From IMG/VR virus record IMGVR_UViG_3300047157_000140: 64,000 nt of DNA; one strand, written 5' to 3'. The DNA is from an uncultured virus (IMG/VR IMGVR_UViG_3300047157_000140). Taxonomy: Duplodnaviria > Heunggongvirae > Uroviricota > Caudoviricetes > Crassvirales. Under the pieces are notes generated by a model, which was not told the origin of the DNA, made no database searches, and saw only the letters and a list, made by a program, of their open reading frames with translations. This document shows positions 11,901-23,535 of this stretch, piece after piece; within the stretch, counting starts at the first letter, position 1, and each line of letters starts with the position of its first letter. The position numbers were made by a program, and so were the translations under genes.

Positions 11901-13383
11901 CACCAACCTGGTATGTTCTCATAGACTTAATTGACTTACCTGGTTCTCTAATAGCGTAATCTGAGCTATCTGATTGTATTATTGAAACACTAAACTTAGG
12001 TGTTATCTCTGCGTTATTAACATCTTTAATGTCATATTGTTGAGTATAATTACCATAAAGCAACCTATTAGCTGTAAACTCTTGAGCTTTAGCTTTTTTA
12101 GGAACATTATCCCAAGGTCTAAGCAATTGATTAGATGGTAATATTTTGTATATTATTTCAGACTCTATAAGCATAGAGTTGTTAGTCCACTCTTCATCTT
12201 GATCTTCAGGGGTTCCTTTTAAACTTTTTACTGTGTAAATACTAGTGCTGCTGTCTTCTTTATATAGTATATCAACTTCAACTACATCTTTAGGCATGTA
12301 GCTAGTTATGAAATTAGATATAGTTAATTTTTTCAAAGAGTTAACCATACCTTTATTAAAACCTTTTTTAGGTGCATAATCAAATTCACTAGGTAAAAAA
12401 GCAACTTGACTAAAAGGACCAATAGCAGAGTACTGACCGTCATCATATTTATATCTATATGCAAATCTAGGAAATTTAAATTCAAAAAGAGATTTATCTT
12501 CCATTAATATAACTTTCCAGTCTTGAGCACCAGTGACTATACCATCAGATACTGAATCTAAATTTAACTTAAATGAGTTTGGCGAAAAAGAAAGTAAATC
12601 TATAACAGTAGCTATAACCTCATCATCTTCACTTTCATCAAGTATTGTAAATCTTAATCTATCTCCAACCTGAAGGTTCATATTATGTTGAAACGTAAAG
12701 TTACTATTAGAATCAGGGTGAGCACCAGGTGACAAAGCTTCTCCACTACCGTCTACAAAGCTTTTTGCTATACATACACTTTCGACTATACCAGACCTAG
12801 ATGAGGCTGACATAGATATAGTTGGCGCTTGTATCGGTGATTTCTTTATAACGGTTACATCATCTAAAGTAAAGTTATAAGTTGCTGTTGAGTGTGCTGT
12901 TGTTAACGCGGTGTGCGTTGTGAAGTTTGAAGATCCTGCTTTAAATTTTTTAATATCAACAGTTTTAGGTTCTGATCTATTATCTGTAAAAAACAATAAA
13001 CCTTCTATTATGTTAATACCAGTTATTAAATTGTTTCTACTTAAATCTAAAACACCTGTGGTGTCAACTAAAACAGGTGAAACTGTTTTTGAATATTGAT
13101 CATATTCTACTATAGCATCAACTGAAGTACCAGCTATAAGCCAATATATTTTATCATTAGCTGAATCCTTGCATGATCCTATACACTTAGCTCCACTTAT
13201 ACCTATAGCTGAAGCGTAAGCTAGTTTATTACCGAGAACGTTTTGAATAGAACCCACGTCATCACCCTCTGAGCTGGCTACTTGTACGTTTAAAGCGTCT
13301 CTGTATTCACCACTAGGAACTAACCTTTCGTCCAGGTCTTTGTTCATTCTACCCGAGCGAAAATCTCGTTTTATTTCTGGCAT
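8971..13383 (-). CDS. Tail nozzle/stabilisation protein (tail tubular B-like)
   Basis: 1470 aa; N-terminus 'GRMNKDLDERLVPSGEYRDALN', plus 'FAYRYKYDDGQYS' and 'YQVGVVYRDEFGRET', resembling stabilisation proteins of Bacteroidota podoviruses. Confidence 0.75.
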   Translation of the reverse strand: MPEIKRDFRSGRMNKDLDERLVPSGEYRDALNVQVASSEGDDVGSIQNVLGNKLAYASAIGISGAKCIGSCKDSANDKIYWLIAGTSVDAIVEYDQYSKTVSPVLVDTTGVLDLSRNNLITGINIIEGLLFFTDNRSEPKTVDIKKFKAGSSNFTTHTALTTAHSTATYNFTLDDVTVIKKSPIQAPTISMSASSRSGIVESVCIAKSFVDGSGEALSPGAHPDSNSNFTFQHNMNLQVGDRLRFTILDESEDDEVIATVIDLLSFSPNSFKLNLDSVSDGIVTGAQDWKVILMEDKSLFEFKFPRFAYRYKYDDGQYSAIGPFSQVAFLPSEFDYAPKKGFNKGMVNSLKKLTISNFITSYMPKDVVEVDILYKEDSSTSIYTVKSLKGTPEDQDEEWTNNSMLIESEIIYKILPSNQLLRPWDNVPKKAKAQEFTANRLLYGNYTQQYDIKDVNNAEITPKFSVSIIQSDSSDYAIREPGKSIKSMRTYQVGVVYRDEFGRETPVLTDTTGSIQLPKSQAVNWNILQVKLLNNPPSWATHYKYFLKETSAEYYNLAMDRHYPAEDGNVWLAFPSAERNKVNDETFIILKKKHDSDAFVEEEARYKIIAIENDAPDFLTIQKVSKGIATADSNGNLFIDGGYPEKSTTKIRIPRTLWKPHFGGTTGSSDDIDLSTASIHTLTDLMVRIKKGNNVTKYYDIANIVYEGAASNLEFVGTSTDCPEDKYWQINIEKAFDESDVNWLGTVGDGNTIQSVSMTVEIAQKVRKLKPEFQGRFFAKIYRDSTLEQNILKFNNIDEIRVLSQNNFWQVGNDAGTSLGSNTGGGSSTRYNYWKKKDKGVGTGLAADWFIPRFKKYQWSKDLGGEGDVEVNRNLGEVSSSTVENTQAYGIRQGETVIELAFHNFGKKGKNTNSGQDDVVWGEWIKFGNTVAPEHKDFVNSLQTIGNYIKFSGDPDSTAYEIKGYRRGGAIMYKGRKSNGGGRTGTFASSRVVIFTIKLDKPIQWAPEDNVANIIDGYQYHTPIQIGTTYVDEDDLDGFTTDNPGIWETEPKEVAELDIYYEASNAYAISTHGNDIALDYHNCYSFANGVESNRIRDDYNAKKISKGVKASSTVAEQYNEEVKTNGLIFSGIFNSTASVNRLNQFIMAESITKDLNPEYGSIQKLNTRDTDVTVFCEDKVLRVLTNKDALFNADGNANITSNNAVLGQSMPYVGDFGISLNPESFAKYGFRSYFTDRARGTVLRLSRDGLEPLSPKGMADYFTDKLAVSQIAIGSFDDKKGSYNISLQSNTVRGADDTVSFKENVAGWPSRKSYIPENGISLNNMYYTFKNGEMYSHDNEVRNNFYGVQYNSSIKLIFNDNPDVVKSFKTLNYEGSQPYWKQDLSDTEYYNNTSKFGWFNTAVETDLQSGKANEFKGKEGKWFNFIHGTATTLDNIDTEEFSVQGIGNMASISGDVAPANITITLKENND

Positions 13384-13386
13384 GCT

Positions 13387-14286
13387 TTAGTGTTTTATTT
13401 GTTTAGATTTACCTCTCATTACTTGAGTTAGCTCTTCTATCTTTATATTTGATAATCTTAATTTAGCTTGTCTAATTGCCGCAAACCTTTCTTTTTTAAA
13501 TCTTGCTACTATGTATTCTTGTATATTTTCTCTAGTTGATAATATAGCGTGAGCTATCCACTTGTACATTGCTTCTTCAGCAAACTTATGTACTATCATT
13601 TCAGAATCTGTACCTAAACTATCGCTAACATATTTTAATGTTATTGTTTTATCGCACAGATCAGAACTAAAATGTATTCTACCTTTTAATTCATCTATAA
13701 AGAAAACACCATTAGATTGAGCATTTTCTGGATTTAAACCAAATCTTTTACCTGTGTCTGTATGATACTCGTATAAGCTTTGATCAGAGTTTTGAGAAGT
13801 GCTAGTAGCATTAGAACTGAAAGCAGACCAAGTATCTGAATCACTAGCTGTCGATAGTTTACCACCACTTCCAAAAGTATAATGAAAGTTACCATCTTGT
13901 AGTATAGCTGTTGGGTTGCTAGTTTTTCTAGCAGGATATATAATATGTTCTAAACCGCTATCATCATGAAAAGTAAGTTTAACATAGTTAACATAATCAT
14001 GAGGTAATGGCATTGTTAAAGAAGGAGGTATTTCTATCTCCTGAGCTTTAGTAGATTTAAAAGTGTCGTAGCTAAGTTCTTGTATTGCTCTTTGAGCATG
14101 AAACAAAACATCTTGTCTTCTTACTCTAGGTATTATTTTACCTTCACCAACATAGCTAATTAAGAAGTTTCCTACAATGTCTTTTAAACTTATAAACTGA
14201 TAGTTACCGTAGTTTTCGTCTCCATTATTAAAGACGCCGTTGGCACCTTCATAATAATTTTCATTTGTTCCTGTTAGTAATGCCAT
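13387..14286 (-). CDS. Tail ring/adaptor protein
   Basis: 299 aa with 'LPHDYVNYVKL' motif, between the capsid and nozzle genes. Confidence 0.6.
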   Translation of the reverse strand: MALLTGTNENYYEGANGVFNNGDENYGNYQFISLKDIVGNFLISYVGEGKIIPRVRRQDVLFHAQRAIQELSYDTFKSTKAQEIEIPPSLTMPLPHDYVNYVKLTFHDDSGLEHIIYPARKTSNPTAILQDGNFHYTFGSGGKLSTASDSDTWSAFSSNATSTSQNSDQSLYEYHTDTGKRFGLNPENAQSNGVFFIDELKGRIHFSSDLCDKTITLKYVSDSLGTDSEMIVHKFAEEAMYKWIAHAILSTRENIQEYIVARFKKERFAAIRQAKLRLSNIKIEELTQVMRGKSKQIKH

Positions 14287-14290
14287 CTAT

Positions 14291-15025
14291 TTATTGTTTT
14301 TCTTGTGTTATCTGTTGAGACTCTTCTGTAGCAGCTGTTTGATACAAGCTTGGATCTTTAAGTATTATACCAGATAGTTCTAATATTTTAATAACCAAAT
14401 TCTTTTCTTCAGCAGGGTGTAACTCAAAGTTTACTGTTGAACTACTATTGTATAAAGCTTTTTCATTAACAATAGTAAAACCCCAAGAAACTGTAGCTGG
14501 TCTAGCTATGTAGTTACAAACAACGTTATCACTACTTGTTATACTTGTAGGGTATATTTTTATTCTATTATTTCTATGTGACTCAGTGCTTCCTGAATCT
14601 CTAACGTAAACTGGGTAAGTTTCTGTAGGAGCAGTTAACGGTGAGTTTAATATATGGTGAATGTTATTTTGATTTATTTTTTCTATCTCAGCGTCATAAC
14701 CACATTTATCAGTATATAGTTCACCCATTCTATAATGATCTGGAAGTATACCTATACCAGCTCCGCTTACAGATACTGTTTGTCTATACTTTTCAAATAT
14801 ATCTATCTTTTCATTTATAAGATCTATCATGTCAGCATAAGTAGTGTCATTTTTTCTCTGCATCACTTCTTCGAACTGACTCAGGTCATAAAAATATTGT
14901 TCAAATATACTCATTTGAGCTTGATTAGCTAACAAGTTAAACTCTTGAGGTGTTATATAACCTCTTTGTTCTTTATTAGCTATAGCTAAAACTCTTTGAT
15001 ATACTGTATCTATACTTACTGCCAT
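14291..15025 (-). CDS. Tail ring/adaptor protein
   Basis: 244 aa; 'NKEQRGYITPQEFN...LPDHY...YIARP' head-tail connector pattern. Confidence 0.6.
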   Translation of the reverse strand: MAVSIDTVYQRVLAIANKEQRGYITPQEFNLLANQAQMSIFEQYFYDLSQFEEVMQRKNDTTYADMIDLINEKIDIFEKYRQTVSVSGAGIGILPDHYRMGELYTDKCGYDAEIEKINQNNIHHILNSPLTAPTETYPVYVRDSGSTESHRNNRIKIYPTSITSSDNVVCNYIARPATVSWGFTIVNEKALYNSSSTVNFELHPAEEKNLVIKILELSGIILKDPSLYQTAATEESQQITQEKQ

Positions 15026-15043
15026 GTTTATTTATTTTTATAA

Positions 15044-15068
15044 TAAAGCCACCATTACGGTGGCCTTA
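15044..15068 (-). terminator. Probable intrinsic terminator
   Basis: GCCACC-N5-GGTGGC hairpin followed by a T-rich run on the minus strand, just after the 15081 stop. Confidence 0.6.
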
Positions 15069-15080
15069 CCATAATGTGTA

Positions 15081-15842
15081 CTATTTAAGTTTCTTTTGTA
15101 TTGTAATTAAAACTTCCATACCCTCGTCAGTTTTAAACCAAGCTGCTAAAGCTGAGTAAGGATGTTCTTCAAATGGTACGGAAAATAATTTTCTTCCGTT
15201 ACTTGCCCAAGAGAATACTCTATTGTCTGGTGATAATCTTATTATACCAGCTTCTGTAGCTTTAACACCTAAATCTCTAAGCTGTACAGAATCATCTTGC
15301 AAAAGCTCTAAGAATAAATAAGGATTATTTCTAGCCATTAACATAACGTCTCTTCTTATTTCTTTAGATGACATTTTACTAACACCACTACCTTGTTCTA
15401 CTCTTAATATTGCTTCAGCTTGATCTATTTCTATTTGTTTTGAAGCAACTAAAGCTTCGACTTCAGCTTCAAGATACTCTAAATCAGCATTAGCATTTTT
15501 AACTTCATCATGCTCTTTGTAGATTACTCCTTTTAAAGGGTGATATAAGCTTAATAATTTTTGTAGATTTTGTTTTCTGGCAGGTACAACTAATGTACCA
15601 TTTCTAAAAGCAACATGACCTAAAGTAGCTTGACCTTTTTGCTCACTAACTAGCGGCGATGTTTGGTTTGTAGCATACTTTATTTCTTCTTGCACTCCAG
15701 TTTCTTTGTTAAAATACAACAAAGGTTTTCTACGTGTATGTCTACTAGGTATAACATACAGTAAAGGATTTCCTTCACCCATAAGGTGGTATATCCTGTC
15801 TTTAATTTCCCATCCATCGATGGATTTTGTTTGTTTTTTCAT
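15081..15842 (-). CDS. Hypothetical protein downstream of MCP
   Basis: Intact 253-aa ORF flanked by two hairpins. Confidence 0.55.
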   Translation of the reverse strand: MKKQTKSIDGWEIKDRIYHLMGEGNPLLYVIPSRHTRRKPLLYFNKETGVQEEIKYATNQTSPLVSEQKGQATLGHVAFRNGTLVVPARKQNLQKLLSLYHPLKGVIYKEHDEVKNANADLEYLEAEVEALVASKQIEIDQAEAILRVEQGSGVSKMSSKEIRRDVMLMARNNPYLFLELLQDDSVQLRDLGVKATEAGIIRLSPDNRVFSWASNGRKLFSVPFEEHPYSALAAWFKTDEGMEVLITIQKKLK

Positions 15843-15860
15843 AATATAATATAATTTAAT

Positions 15861-15898
15861 AAAAGTAATAATTACCCCCGTTTATACAACGAGGGTAA
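15861..15898 (-). terminator. Terminator after the major capsid gene
   Basis: Minus strand TTACCCTCGTT-GTATA-AACGGGGGTAA followed by TTATTACTTTT. Confidence 0.65.
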
Positions 15899-15920
15899 GA
15901 ATTACATTGGTTAATAGTAA

Positions 15921-17390
15921 TTAGTCACCGATAACTCCATCAGCAGACTTTAGCAAAACAAAGTTGTTTGCTGCTTGAACACATAAACATCTCTCAGATA
16001 AGAAATGAACGTTCATAGCGTCTTCATCAGAAGTAAAGTTACCTCCTACAGATCCTGTGATCCAAGATTTCATTCTTCTATCGTCAGCTTCAGAAGCTCT
16101 GTATCTAACGTGTAAGAATGGTCTTGCAATGTTTTTACCAAGTGCTTGGTCATAAACAGTTGAAGTTCCAGCAGGAACAATAACACCTTCAATGTCTTTA
16201 ACTAATCCACGAGTTGTAGAATCGTTTAAGTATTTCCAGTCAGTCTTGTAGAAATCGTAAGAACCTCTTCTGAATCCAGAGAAGCCTAAGTTAAGCGCCA
16301 TATCTTCAGAGTTGTCAAATACACCGTAAGATGTACCTCCAGTTCCGTAAGAATTTTGAGAAGCTAACATGTTATCGATAGCAAGAGATACTCCTCTGTT
16401 AAGGAACATCATGTTTTCTTCGATAGCACCTTGCTTGTCAAGTTCTTGTAAGATAAGGTCAAAATCAGCTAAACCGTCATCAGCTGCAGATCCACCGAAA
16501 TCAGCATCAGAGTAAACTAATCCTCTTGACTCGATAGCAGCAAACATACCTTCAGAACCTTTAACAGTAAAACTGTTAGATCCAACTCCAGGGTCAGCGC
16601 TAAATGAGTGAGCAGCTTTTTCAGCTTCAATCATAGTCATTTCTAATTGGTCCTCAAATCTTAATCTAGCTTCGTGCTCAGATTTTAAGTACCATAAGTA
16701 TCCAGATGTTCCAACTTCAGTTGTAACTTCAACCCACCCAATTTGAGCAGTGTCAGATCCGTTTACAGAATACTTGTCTCTAATAATGATTGGTGAATTG
16801 TTAAAGTATTCGCTTTTAGCGTTTACAGTGTTACCAACATTTATAGATCCTTTTCCGTATTCAGAACCGTATACAAATAAAGAAATTCCAGTTGTAGCAG
16901 CGTTGTTAGCAAAACCTCCAGCGGCAGCTCCGTTTAAAGCAGTAGCTTTGTAAGGAACAGCAGTTCTAGTAGTTGTAGAAGGTTTAGCAGTAATATAACA
17001 TTTAGTAGTTTTACCACCTTTACTAATAACAACAGTGTCTCCAATGTTAACATAAGCAGCTTTATCTACGCTAGCAAATGTAATTTTGTTTATAGCAGCG
17101 TCTCCAGATGCAGCAATTGAACAGTCGTCAAATGCAATGTGAATTCTACCTTGCTCAGACCAAACTACTTGATCAGAAGCCATTGGCATTTCAGCTCCTA
17201 CCATACGTAAGAAACCTCCAACAGTTCTATTTCCATATCTTTCTACTTCTTTTTCATACACTTCTGGTAAGAATTGTTTTGTGAAATTAAAGTCGTTACC
17301 TGTAATAGACAGGTAATTGCCAGCAAATAAAGATTTGTCTGGTCTTGGTGTTAGGTGCGCTAATGCAGCACCCGTTGAATTAAAAGCCAT
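15921..17390 (-). CDS. Major capsid protein
   Basis: 489 aa; follows portal and acidic scaffold, has highly-expressed codon usage (TTC/TAC/AAC) and a downstream terminator. Confidence 0.85.
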   Translation of the reverse strand: MAFNSTGAALAHLTPRPDKSLFAGNYLSITGNDFNFTKQFLPEVYEKEVERYGNRTVGGFLRMVGAEMPMASDQVVWSEQGRIHIAFDDCSIAASGDAAINKITFASVDKAAYVNIGDTVVISKGGKTTKCYITAKPSTTTRTAVPYKATALNGAAAGGFANNAATTGISLFVYGSEYGKGSINVGNTVNAKSEYFNNSPIIIRDKYSVNGSDTAQIGWVEVTTEVGTSGYLWYLKSEHEARLRFEDQLEMTMIEAEKAAHSFSADPGVGSNSFTVKGSEGMFAAIESRGLVYSDADFGGSAADDGLADFDLILQELDKQGAIEENMMFLNRGVSLAIDNMLASQNSYGTGGTSYGVFDNSEDMALNLGFSGFRRGSYDFYKTDWKYLNDSTTRGLVKDIEGVIVPAGTSTVYDQALGKNIARPFLHVRYRASEADDRRMKSWITGSVGGNFTSDEDAMNVHFLSERCLCVQAANNFVLLKSADGVIGD

Positions 17391-17407
17391 AGTTTAATTT
17401 TTAATGA

Positions 17408-18589
17408 TTATTTTTTAAGTTTAATTTTAAAGTCATTAGAAGATTCACCAGATATAGCTCTTACTTTAAAACCACTAACATCAGCAACTTTTTCGTGAAT
17501 ACCACGAGGTGCCATGTCAATGTTTTTAGATTTAGCAATACTATTTTTTATAGCATCAGCTTTACCTTGCTCGTAAAAGTGATTAGCAACCAAGTCAGGA
17601 TTCATTGCTGTAAATAAAGACTTATGATAACCCTTAGCATCTGACATTTCATTGTTTTCATTTAAGAACTTCTTAGTGAAATTATTAATGTCGCTTTGAG
17701 TATTTTTAATCTTATCAGCATCCTTAACGTTAAACCTATACTTTTTATCACCCACGGAATAATCAAAACCTTTGAAATCTTTGGTAAAAACATTTTCAGT
17801 TTTCTTTAAAAATATAGATTGGTGCTTTTCGTTAATCTTTGATTCCTCATTATAACGATTGAAAAAATCAACTGCTTTCTTTTGCTCAGGCGCTAACCTG
17901 CTTCCAGCTTTGATCTCTTCGTAATATTTAGACTTTTGCCCGTCTAAGTGGCTTTTAGCATTTGCAACTTGCTCCTTTAATGCTAATTTTTTTCTTCTTA
18001 TATCTCTTTCCTCATCAACTTCTTCGTCGTACTTAAAATTGTCTTCCATTAAGAAATCAATTTCATCTCTATTCAAATGAGGTTTTGTTTGTGAGTAGAA
18101 CTCTCTAAGTAAAGCATTGTCCTCTAACTTAGAATAATCTTGATTTAACTTAACATAGTCTTCTAAACTACCACCAGTTTCATCAATAAAATCTACTACT
18201 TTCTGTATGTTTTCAGGTAAAGGTGTTCCAGATTCTCTAGCTTCTTCAACAGCTTCAGCCACTTCTTCTGTTAACTCTTCTGTTTTTTCAACAACTTCTT
18301 CTTCAGTAATCTCCTGTAAAACAGGTTCCTGTTCTTCAACTTGTTGTTCTTCTACAGTTTCTTGCTCTAAGACTGGTTGTTTTATTTCGTTTGTATCGCT
18401 AGTTGGAGCTTTATCTTCAACGCTAGACAAATCTAATTTAACAGTACCATCTTCTAACACTTCGTTTTTTGGAGCAGTTACTTCTGCTTCTACCTTAGTC
18501 TCAACTTCTTGTTGATCTACTAAGTCTTGTTCAACGTTTGTTGTTTCTACAACTTCTTCTTGAACATCGTTTTCTTGATTTTCAGCCAT
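17408..18589 (-). CDS. Capsid scaffolding protein
   Basis: 393 aa, very acidic N-terminus plus coiled coil, between portal and MCP. Confidence 0.75.
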   Translation of the reverse strand: MAENQENDVQEEVVETTNVEQDLVDQQEVETKVEAEVTAPKNEVLEDGTVKLDLSSVEDKAPTSDTNEIKQPVLEQETVEEQQVEEQEPVLQEITEEEVVEKTEELTEEVAEAVEEARESGTPLPENIQKVVDFIDETGGSLEDYVKLNQDYSKLEDNALLREFYSQTKPHLNRDEIDFLMEDNFKYDEEVDEERDIRRKKLALKEQVANAKSHLDGQKSKYYEEIKAGSRLAPEQKKAVDFFNRYNEESKINEKHQSIFLKKTENVFTKDFKGFDYSVGDKKYRFNVKDADKIKNTQSDINNFTKKFLNENNEMSDAKGYHKSLFTAMNPDLVANHFYEQGKADAIKNSIAKSKNIDMAPRGIHEKVADVSGFKVRAISGESSNDFKIKLKK

Positions 18590-18614
18590 AATATAATATT
18601 ATAAAATTAAAAAA

Positions 18615-21046
18615 TTATCTTGGATCAAACGACCTTAATCCAAATCCACCACCTAATATATCATTACCTGCAGACTCAAAGTTTTTAGGTGGTTTTTTGT
18701 TATTTCTTTGATCTATTAGCTCACTTTGTTGTGATGCTTGTATTTTTGTTCTTTCGTCTTTACGATCTTCTTTGTATTTATCTTTATTTTAATCAGACTT
18801 TAAGTCCATTTTTTAAGCTCATGATTTATTTGAAACTCGTGATTCATTAACTCTTTTTTAAGTAAAGCTTCTTTTCATTTTCTAGTTTCATTTAAATCAG
18901 CTTTACCTTTTCTAACTGCATCTTTTGACTAGTGAATAGCTTGTTGTTTTTGTACTTCAGCTTGAGCAGCAACTTGTTGAGCTTGTGCATTAGCTTGTGC
19001 TTGAGCTTGTATATTTTGTTGTTGCATCTGCTTGATCTCTTTCTTGCTTTTTTCTTTCTTCGTAATTTTAAGCATTTGATTAGCTAGCTTAATATTTTTA
19101 ATATTCTCTAATATCAATAGCATCTTCTAAATCATACTTTAAACTGTTGATAAAGCTATTTGTATATTGTTTTCAAGCATTTGCTTTTCTTCTTCATCAG
19201 GTGCTAGCTCTATAAATATACCAAAGTCATACAAGTGTAATTGATTCATTTCTTCTAAAGTAGCAACATTATGATTACCTATTTTTTGTATAAAAGCATC
19301 TCTTAGTGGAGAGTATTCTAAAACATCAGATATTCTTAAAGACTTATTACCTTCAGCTACTTGCGATGTTAAATATAAACCAGACTTTGCATATATGTCT
19401 TGTTGCTGTATTACTATTCGCAGCTGCAAGTTTTTGTATACCAACTAAAGCATGTTTATCTGGTGTGCTAGCATCTCTAGCTTCGTTTAACCCGGGTAAC
19501 ATCTCTTATCATTTGTAAATAATAATTATATGTTTATTAAGACTTTGCATTTTTTGCCCACCAGAACCACTTTGTATTTCTTGAATAGGTACTTTACCTG
19601 GGTTCATATCACCTTCTTGAGTCATTGATCTACCAATAACACTACCAGTTTGGAAGAACATATTTAATGCTTCTTGTGGATTATAATTAGTTCCATTACC
19701 TAAATCTATTTCAGCTAAACCATCAGCATCTAAATAAACACCATCTGGTGTCATTCTAGCCATAACCTGTTGCAACTTTAAATGTGTTAACTGAATCATG
19801 TCAGCAAACGTAGTTATTCTACTAACTAAGTGACTCAATTCTACCTTTATACATTCTTGGAGCAACAATAGCATAATTCATTTTAACTTTAGTATAATCA
19901 CTTTTAGGTCTCATCATGTTTTGTGCTAGGCTCCATTTAAGAAGTTTATTAGTACCTAACTATTAAAGCTCCTTCATATAAAACTCTAAAGATCTATTCA
20001 TTTTACCATACTGTTGTTCTAATAGCTCAACATTACTGGATCAAATTCATCATCACGTACTATTATTTTAGTTGCACCAGTTGAAGTTTCTTTTACTTTA
20101 TAAACCTCATTCATGTAGGTTTTGTAATTAAAGTACAACACTTGAACTGTGTTTTTATCTAAATTGTTTGTATCATTCTGTGATTTAAGTAAACCGCTAG
20201 ATGTAAAACTTGACCTAGATAACTCTTAATGTCTTCTTGCGTAAGTTCAGGAAATTGCTTTTTAACTCGTTTATAGGTATTGTTTTAACTTCACCAACAT
20301 AATATAGATCGTCAAAAAAGGATCTTCAGTATAAGACCATATTAAGTTAGCTGGGTCTACATAATCTATTTTAATACCTTCGGTTTTAGTAAAAGTGTTT
20401 TTTACAGCACCAATACCTAACACAGTAAGATCATAGTAAAATCTTTTTCTTGTTTTTCATAATTGTTACCTTCTAGCAAACGTTAATAGCTTGCTCTTCG
20501 GCTAACTCAGAAGCTTGTTTGTAAGACAACTGCATGTGTAATTGTAATTCATCTTCTGAATCTGGTAACTTCTTAGGATCATTTTCTTGTAATACTCAAT
20601 ACCAAAAGCTTCTTGAGCAAAGTTAGCTAATTCTTTAGTTTCCATATCTCTCAATATAGACTCCATGTATTCTGTTCTTTTACTAACCAAAAGGATCTTG
20701 AGAGTAAGCTTTTATATCATAACTTCTTTCAGATATACCATTAACAACTATATCTACAAACTTAGGTATAATAGGTACTGGTTTCCAGTCTAAATTAAGA
20801 TAAGACAAATCACCATTTATAGATAATTCGTCTTTATATTTTTGTATTGATTGTTCTCCTCTAGCGTATAATCTTAGTTTATGAAATTCTGTTTGATTAT
20901 TGTAAAATCTATTTGTACCTGAATCTCTACTTAAACCATTCACTTTCTATAGCTTTAGCAACTTTCAAGCCATATTCTTGGCTACCATTTTCTCGGTCGC
21001 TAACTACTTGACTAGGAAAAAAACTTTTTAGAACTTGATCAGCCAT
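18615..21046 (-). CDS. Portal protein (frameshifted in this sequence)
   Basis: Fragments 'LNLDWKPVPIIPKFVDIVVNG', 'NPQEALNMFFQTGSVIGRS' and a Gln-rich C-terminus; ~2.4 kb between TerL and scaffold. Confidence 0.8.
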
Positions 21047-21047
21047 A

Positions 21048-23257
21048 TTATTGTTTTATTAATTTTGAGTGCATGCCTTTATTTTTATATTTAGCTATAC
21101 TTATGTTTAAATTTTGTTTTTTCTGTTATTGGCATAAGGTGTATATAAATGTTTGTTACAAGCCATTATAGCTAAACCAGAACTAATAGTAGCATCAAAC
21201 TTAGTTCTTTATTTATATCAAATTTAGCCCAATCATTTAACGTTCTATTAAAATACATGTTACCAGTTGTATCCATCTTGTTTTATACCTACATATTTTG
21301 TATGTACATTTCAATAGCAGCAGCGTGAGCTTGCTTAATATCTTCACTTGTATTTGGTATACCACCTATTTCTTTTTCTGTACAGATAGTTTATTCCAAA
21401 CTTTATCAGGTCTATTCATACTAAAACCTCTATAACCTCTTCGTTTTAAATAATATAATAATCTTGGTTTATTGTTTTCTGCTAATATTGGCATACCATA
21501 AAAAACTAAAGCCATTAACACATCTTCAAAAAATATTTCAGCAGTTTGTGGTCTAGCTATATATTCTAAAAAAAATTGACTAGGTGGACAGTCTTCCATA
21601 GACTAAACTTACTTAAGCCATGCAAAGATCCTTTGGATCCTTTACCATCAACTGTTCCAGATATATCATAACTATCACATCCAAAAGCACCCATGTGCTC
21701 ATTACCTGGATATTTACTCCGTTTTTTGTATAACGTTGTTTTGTAATTCTTGACTTGGTATCCAACTAACTTTAAATCTACCTTTTGGATCTGGGTAAAA
21801 AATAACCTTAGTATCTTTAATACCGTTATCCCATTGAAAATTTCCTTGTACTCATTATAGATATTTGCATTTCTTCGTTATAATCTATTTGTTCGTATAT
21901 TTTAACTAAATTAAATATACTATTTTTGCTTCGTCTCTAAAAGCGTGTTCTTCTGTACGTGGAAACTGTCTATAAAACTCATTTAATCCATCTTGATCGT
22001 TTTTAAACCATCAGCTTCATTTTGCCAATGCTCTATAACACCTGTGTCTAATACATCTCCCCACGGATCTAATCTTTCTTGCTTTGGCGTGTTAAAAACA
22101 GGTAATCCATAAGAATCAATGAATCCTTCGTAATTCCATTCCATAGGAATGAACAAAGCTATATAGAGTCCTGACTTGTTTGACCATTGCTGTTTCTTTT
22201 AGTAACATCAGAGTCTGTAATATAATTTTTTAAAATTATCACCACCTTTATCTAAAGCGTTTGATGTTGAACCCATCATACATTTACCAATAATTCTACT
22301 ACCTAATCGTAGTGTTGTTTTTGTAACCCTCCAGTTGTTTAATATATTGTCTGGCCTTTCCCATTTACCACTTTCATCGTGACTAATAGTTTTAATTTTT
22401 CACCATCATAACTATTATCACCAGTATTTTTCCAATCAATAGTTGTATCTAAACCTGTTAATTGTTCTATTTTTTCGTTACTAGTTAATTTTTCTTCTAG
22501 TTAACTTAGTAGCTGGTACTCTATAAGCAAGTTCTGTTTTAGGGTCGATCCATACCATCTTGTATTGGTTTAAAAAAGAAAGGGTAATTAACCGATATTG
22601 GTACAACTTTGTCGGTAAACATTTTTTTAGCATCAGCACCTGTTTTTGACAATATACCAAATCTTGCATCGTTAGATATTGTAGCCATGTTTACTGTTTC
22701 TCCAGAAGCCATAAATGAAAAACCAGATCTTCTATTTTTAAATAACACATACCGTAACACCTTTATCAGCTTTACAGGCTTCCCAAAATATAAAAAATAA
22801 TCTATTTGCTTCTCTAAATCTGGTTTACCAACATCAATCTTACTCCACTGTAAGTACATGTAGTGTGTTCCAGTTATGTAGTTTGATTCACCTTGGTTTT
22901 TAAACCAAAAACCCTTCTTCTCTTCTTTTAAACTCTTCCTCTATGTAATCTGCATATTTTTTTAAAATCATTAGGGTATTCTCTCCAATCAAATATAGTT
23001 TTTATTCTATTTAATTCTTTTGGGTATTCTGTTACCTCCCATTTATTCATGCTTAAACTTATGATATTTTTAGGTTCTTTAGGTAAAGCTATTTTTAAAT
23101 TTTGTATTTCATAACATCACCAATTTGACCAGTTTTAGATATAACAACAATATCATGTTCTTTATTATACCCGTATTTCCATTTTTTAGACTTGTTAAGT
23201 CTTTTTAAAGTATTTATTTATATAATCATTTATATTTTATAAAGTTTGCTCGTACAT
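21048..23257 (-). CDS. terL: Terminase large subunit (frameshifted)
   Basis: Walker A-like KNRRSGFSFM, Walker B-like HDESGKWE, nuclease motif GCDSYDISG and 'ILAENNK'. Confidence 0.85.
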
Positions 23258-23535
23258 TATTTAGATCTTCTTTCAGCAAAACCACCAAAAGCAACTTTTT
23301 CTACTTCTTCTTTTAGGTTTATTTTTAATATATTCTTCTTCTTCTTGTATTCTAGTAAGTATTTCAAAAGCATCAAATATAGCTAGCTTTTTTGTAGCAG
23401 CTGCGTTTTTTAATCTATCAGCTGCTTATATCATCATCTGAATCAACTATAGGTTCTTTAGCTACTTTAATTAATTCTTCAACAGCTTTGTGCCCAGCTT
23501 GGATTATATTCTTTCTTCGTTTCCTTGATATTCAT
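23257..23535 (-). CDS. Putative terminase small subunit (frameshifted)
   Basis: ~90-aa helical ORF (AGHKAVEELIKVAKE...DRLKNAAATKK) overlapping the TerL start. Confidence 0.5.

Noticed and set aside
2586..18515. Plus-strand ORFs opposite the structural genes (e.g. 4011..4352, 10544..10813, 18207..18515)
   Set aside because: Antisense shadows of long minus-strand genes, with no motifs or leaders; the same applies to minus-strand shadows in 42-57 kb
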